From positions 14,531 through 78,530 of the forward strand of contig JBGAGQ010000025.1 in the NCBI GenBank assembly GCA_044226625.1: a stretch of 64,000 nt of DNA, written 5' to 3'. Positions within the stretch are counted from its first letter, which is position 1; the number at the start of each line of letters is the position of its first letter. Shown piece by piece: positions 63,991 through 64,000 of the stretch. The notes under the pieces are model-generated. The model had not been told where the DNA came from. It did not search any database and saw nothing but the letters and a program-made list of their open reading frames with translations. The stretch is from Thermoanaerobaculia bacterium. Its GTDB lineage: Bacteria; Acidobacteriota; Thermoanaerobaculia; Multivoradales; UBA5704. The translations under genes were made by a program, and so were the position numbers.

Positions 63991-64000
63991 CTTGGCCCAG

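Overview
High-GC (roughly 65-70% by eye) bacterial chromosomal window, most consistent with Acidobacteriota (Thermoanaerobaculia-like). This assignment is an inference from an IPTL-CTERM surface protein, several ECF sigma / Ser-Thr kinase modules and an EF-P with a PGNWR loop. Core genes: a GT4-GT2-S2P-trpS-scpA-scpB-rluB-cmk operon, ggt, a BaiN-type flavoprotein, efp plus an EF-G2-type fusA, rfbB-rfbC and uppP. Accessory content: a lower-GC, all-plus-strand cassette-like island (about 4.2-10.7 kb) with three eroded genes and an orphan Imm22-like immunity gene; several large secreted proteins (CSLREA/beta-helix/Calx-beta/IPTL, BNR-repeat, a metzincin-like protein lacking its zinc motif, a G8/CEMIP-like protein); four ECF-type sigma factors; three Ser/Thr kinases (one inferred from a partial TPR tail); several families of REP/MITE-like palindromes; and a candidate anti-Shine-Dalgarno sRNA. 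The best candidates for undescribed systems are (i) a periplasmic-binding-protein-like plus ~10-TM receptor-like protein, divergent from a secreted 8-Cys hairpin peptide and convergent with a kinase (44.3-50.4 kb), (ii) a two-sigma / kinase / tandem NHLP-leader-like protein module (27.6-32.6 kb), and (iii) DUF4301 as a possible RmlA-replacing nucleotidyltransferase next to rfbBC. No rRNA, tRNA, CRISPR array or intact transposase/integrase was seen. All family assignments come from motif recognition by eye, not from database searches.
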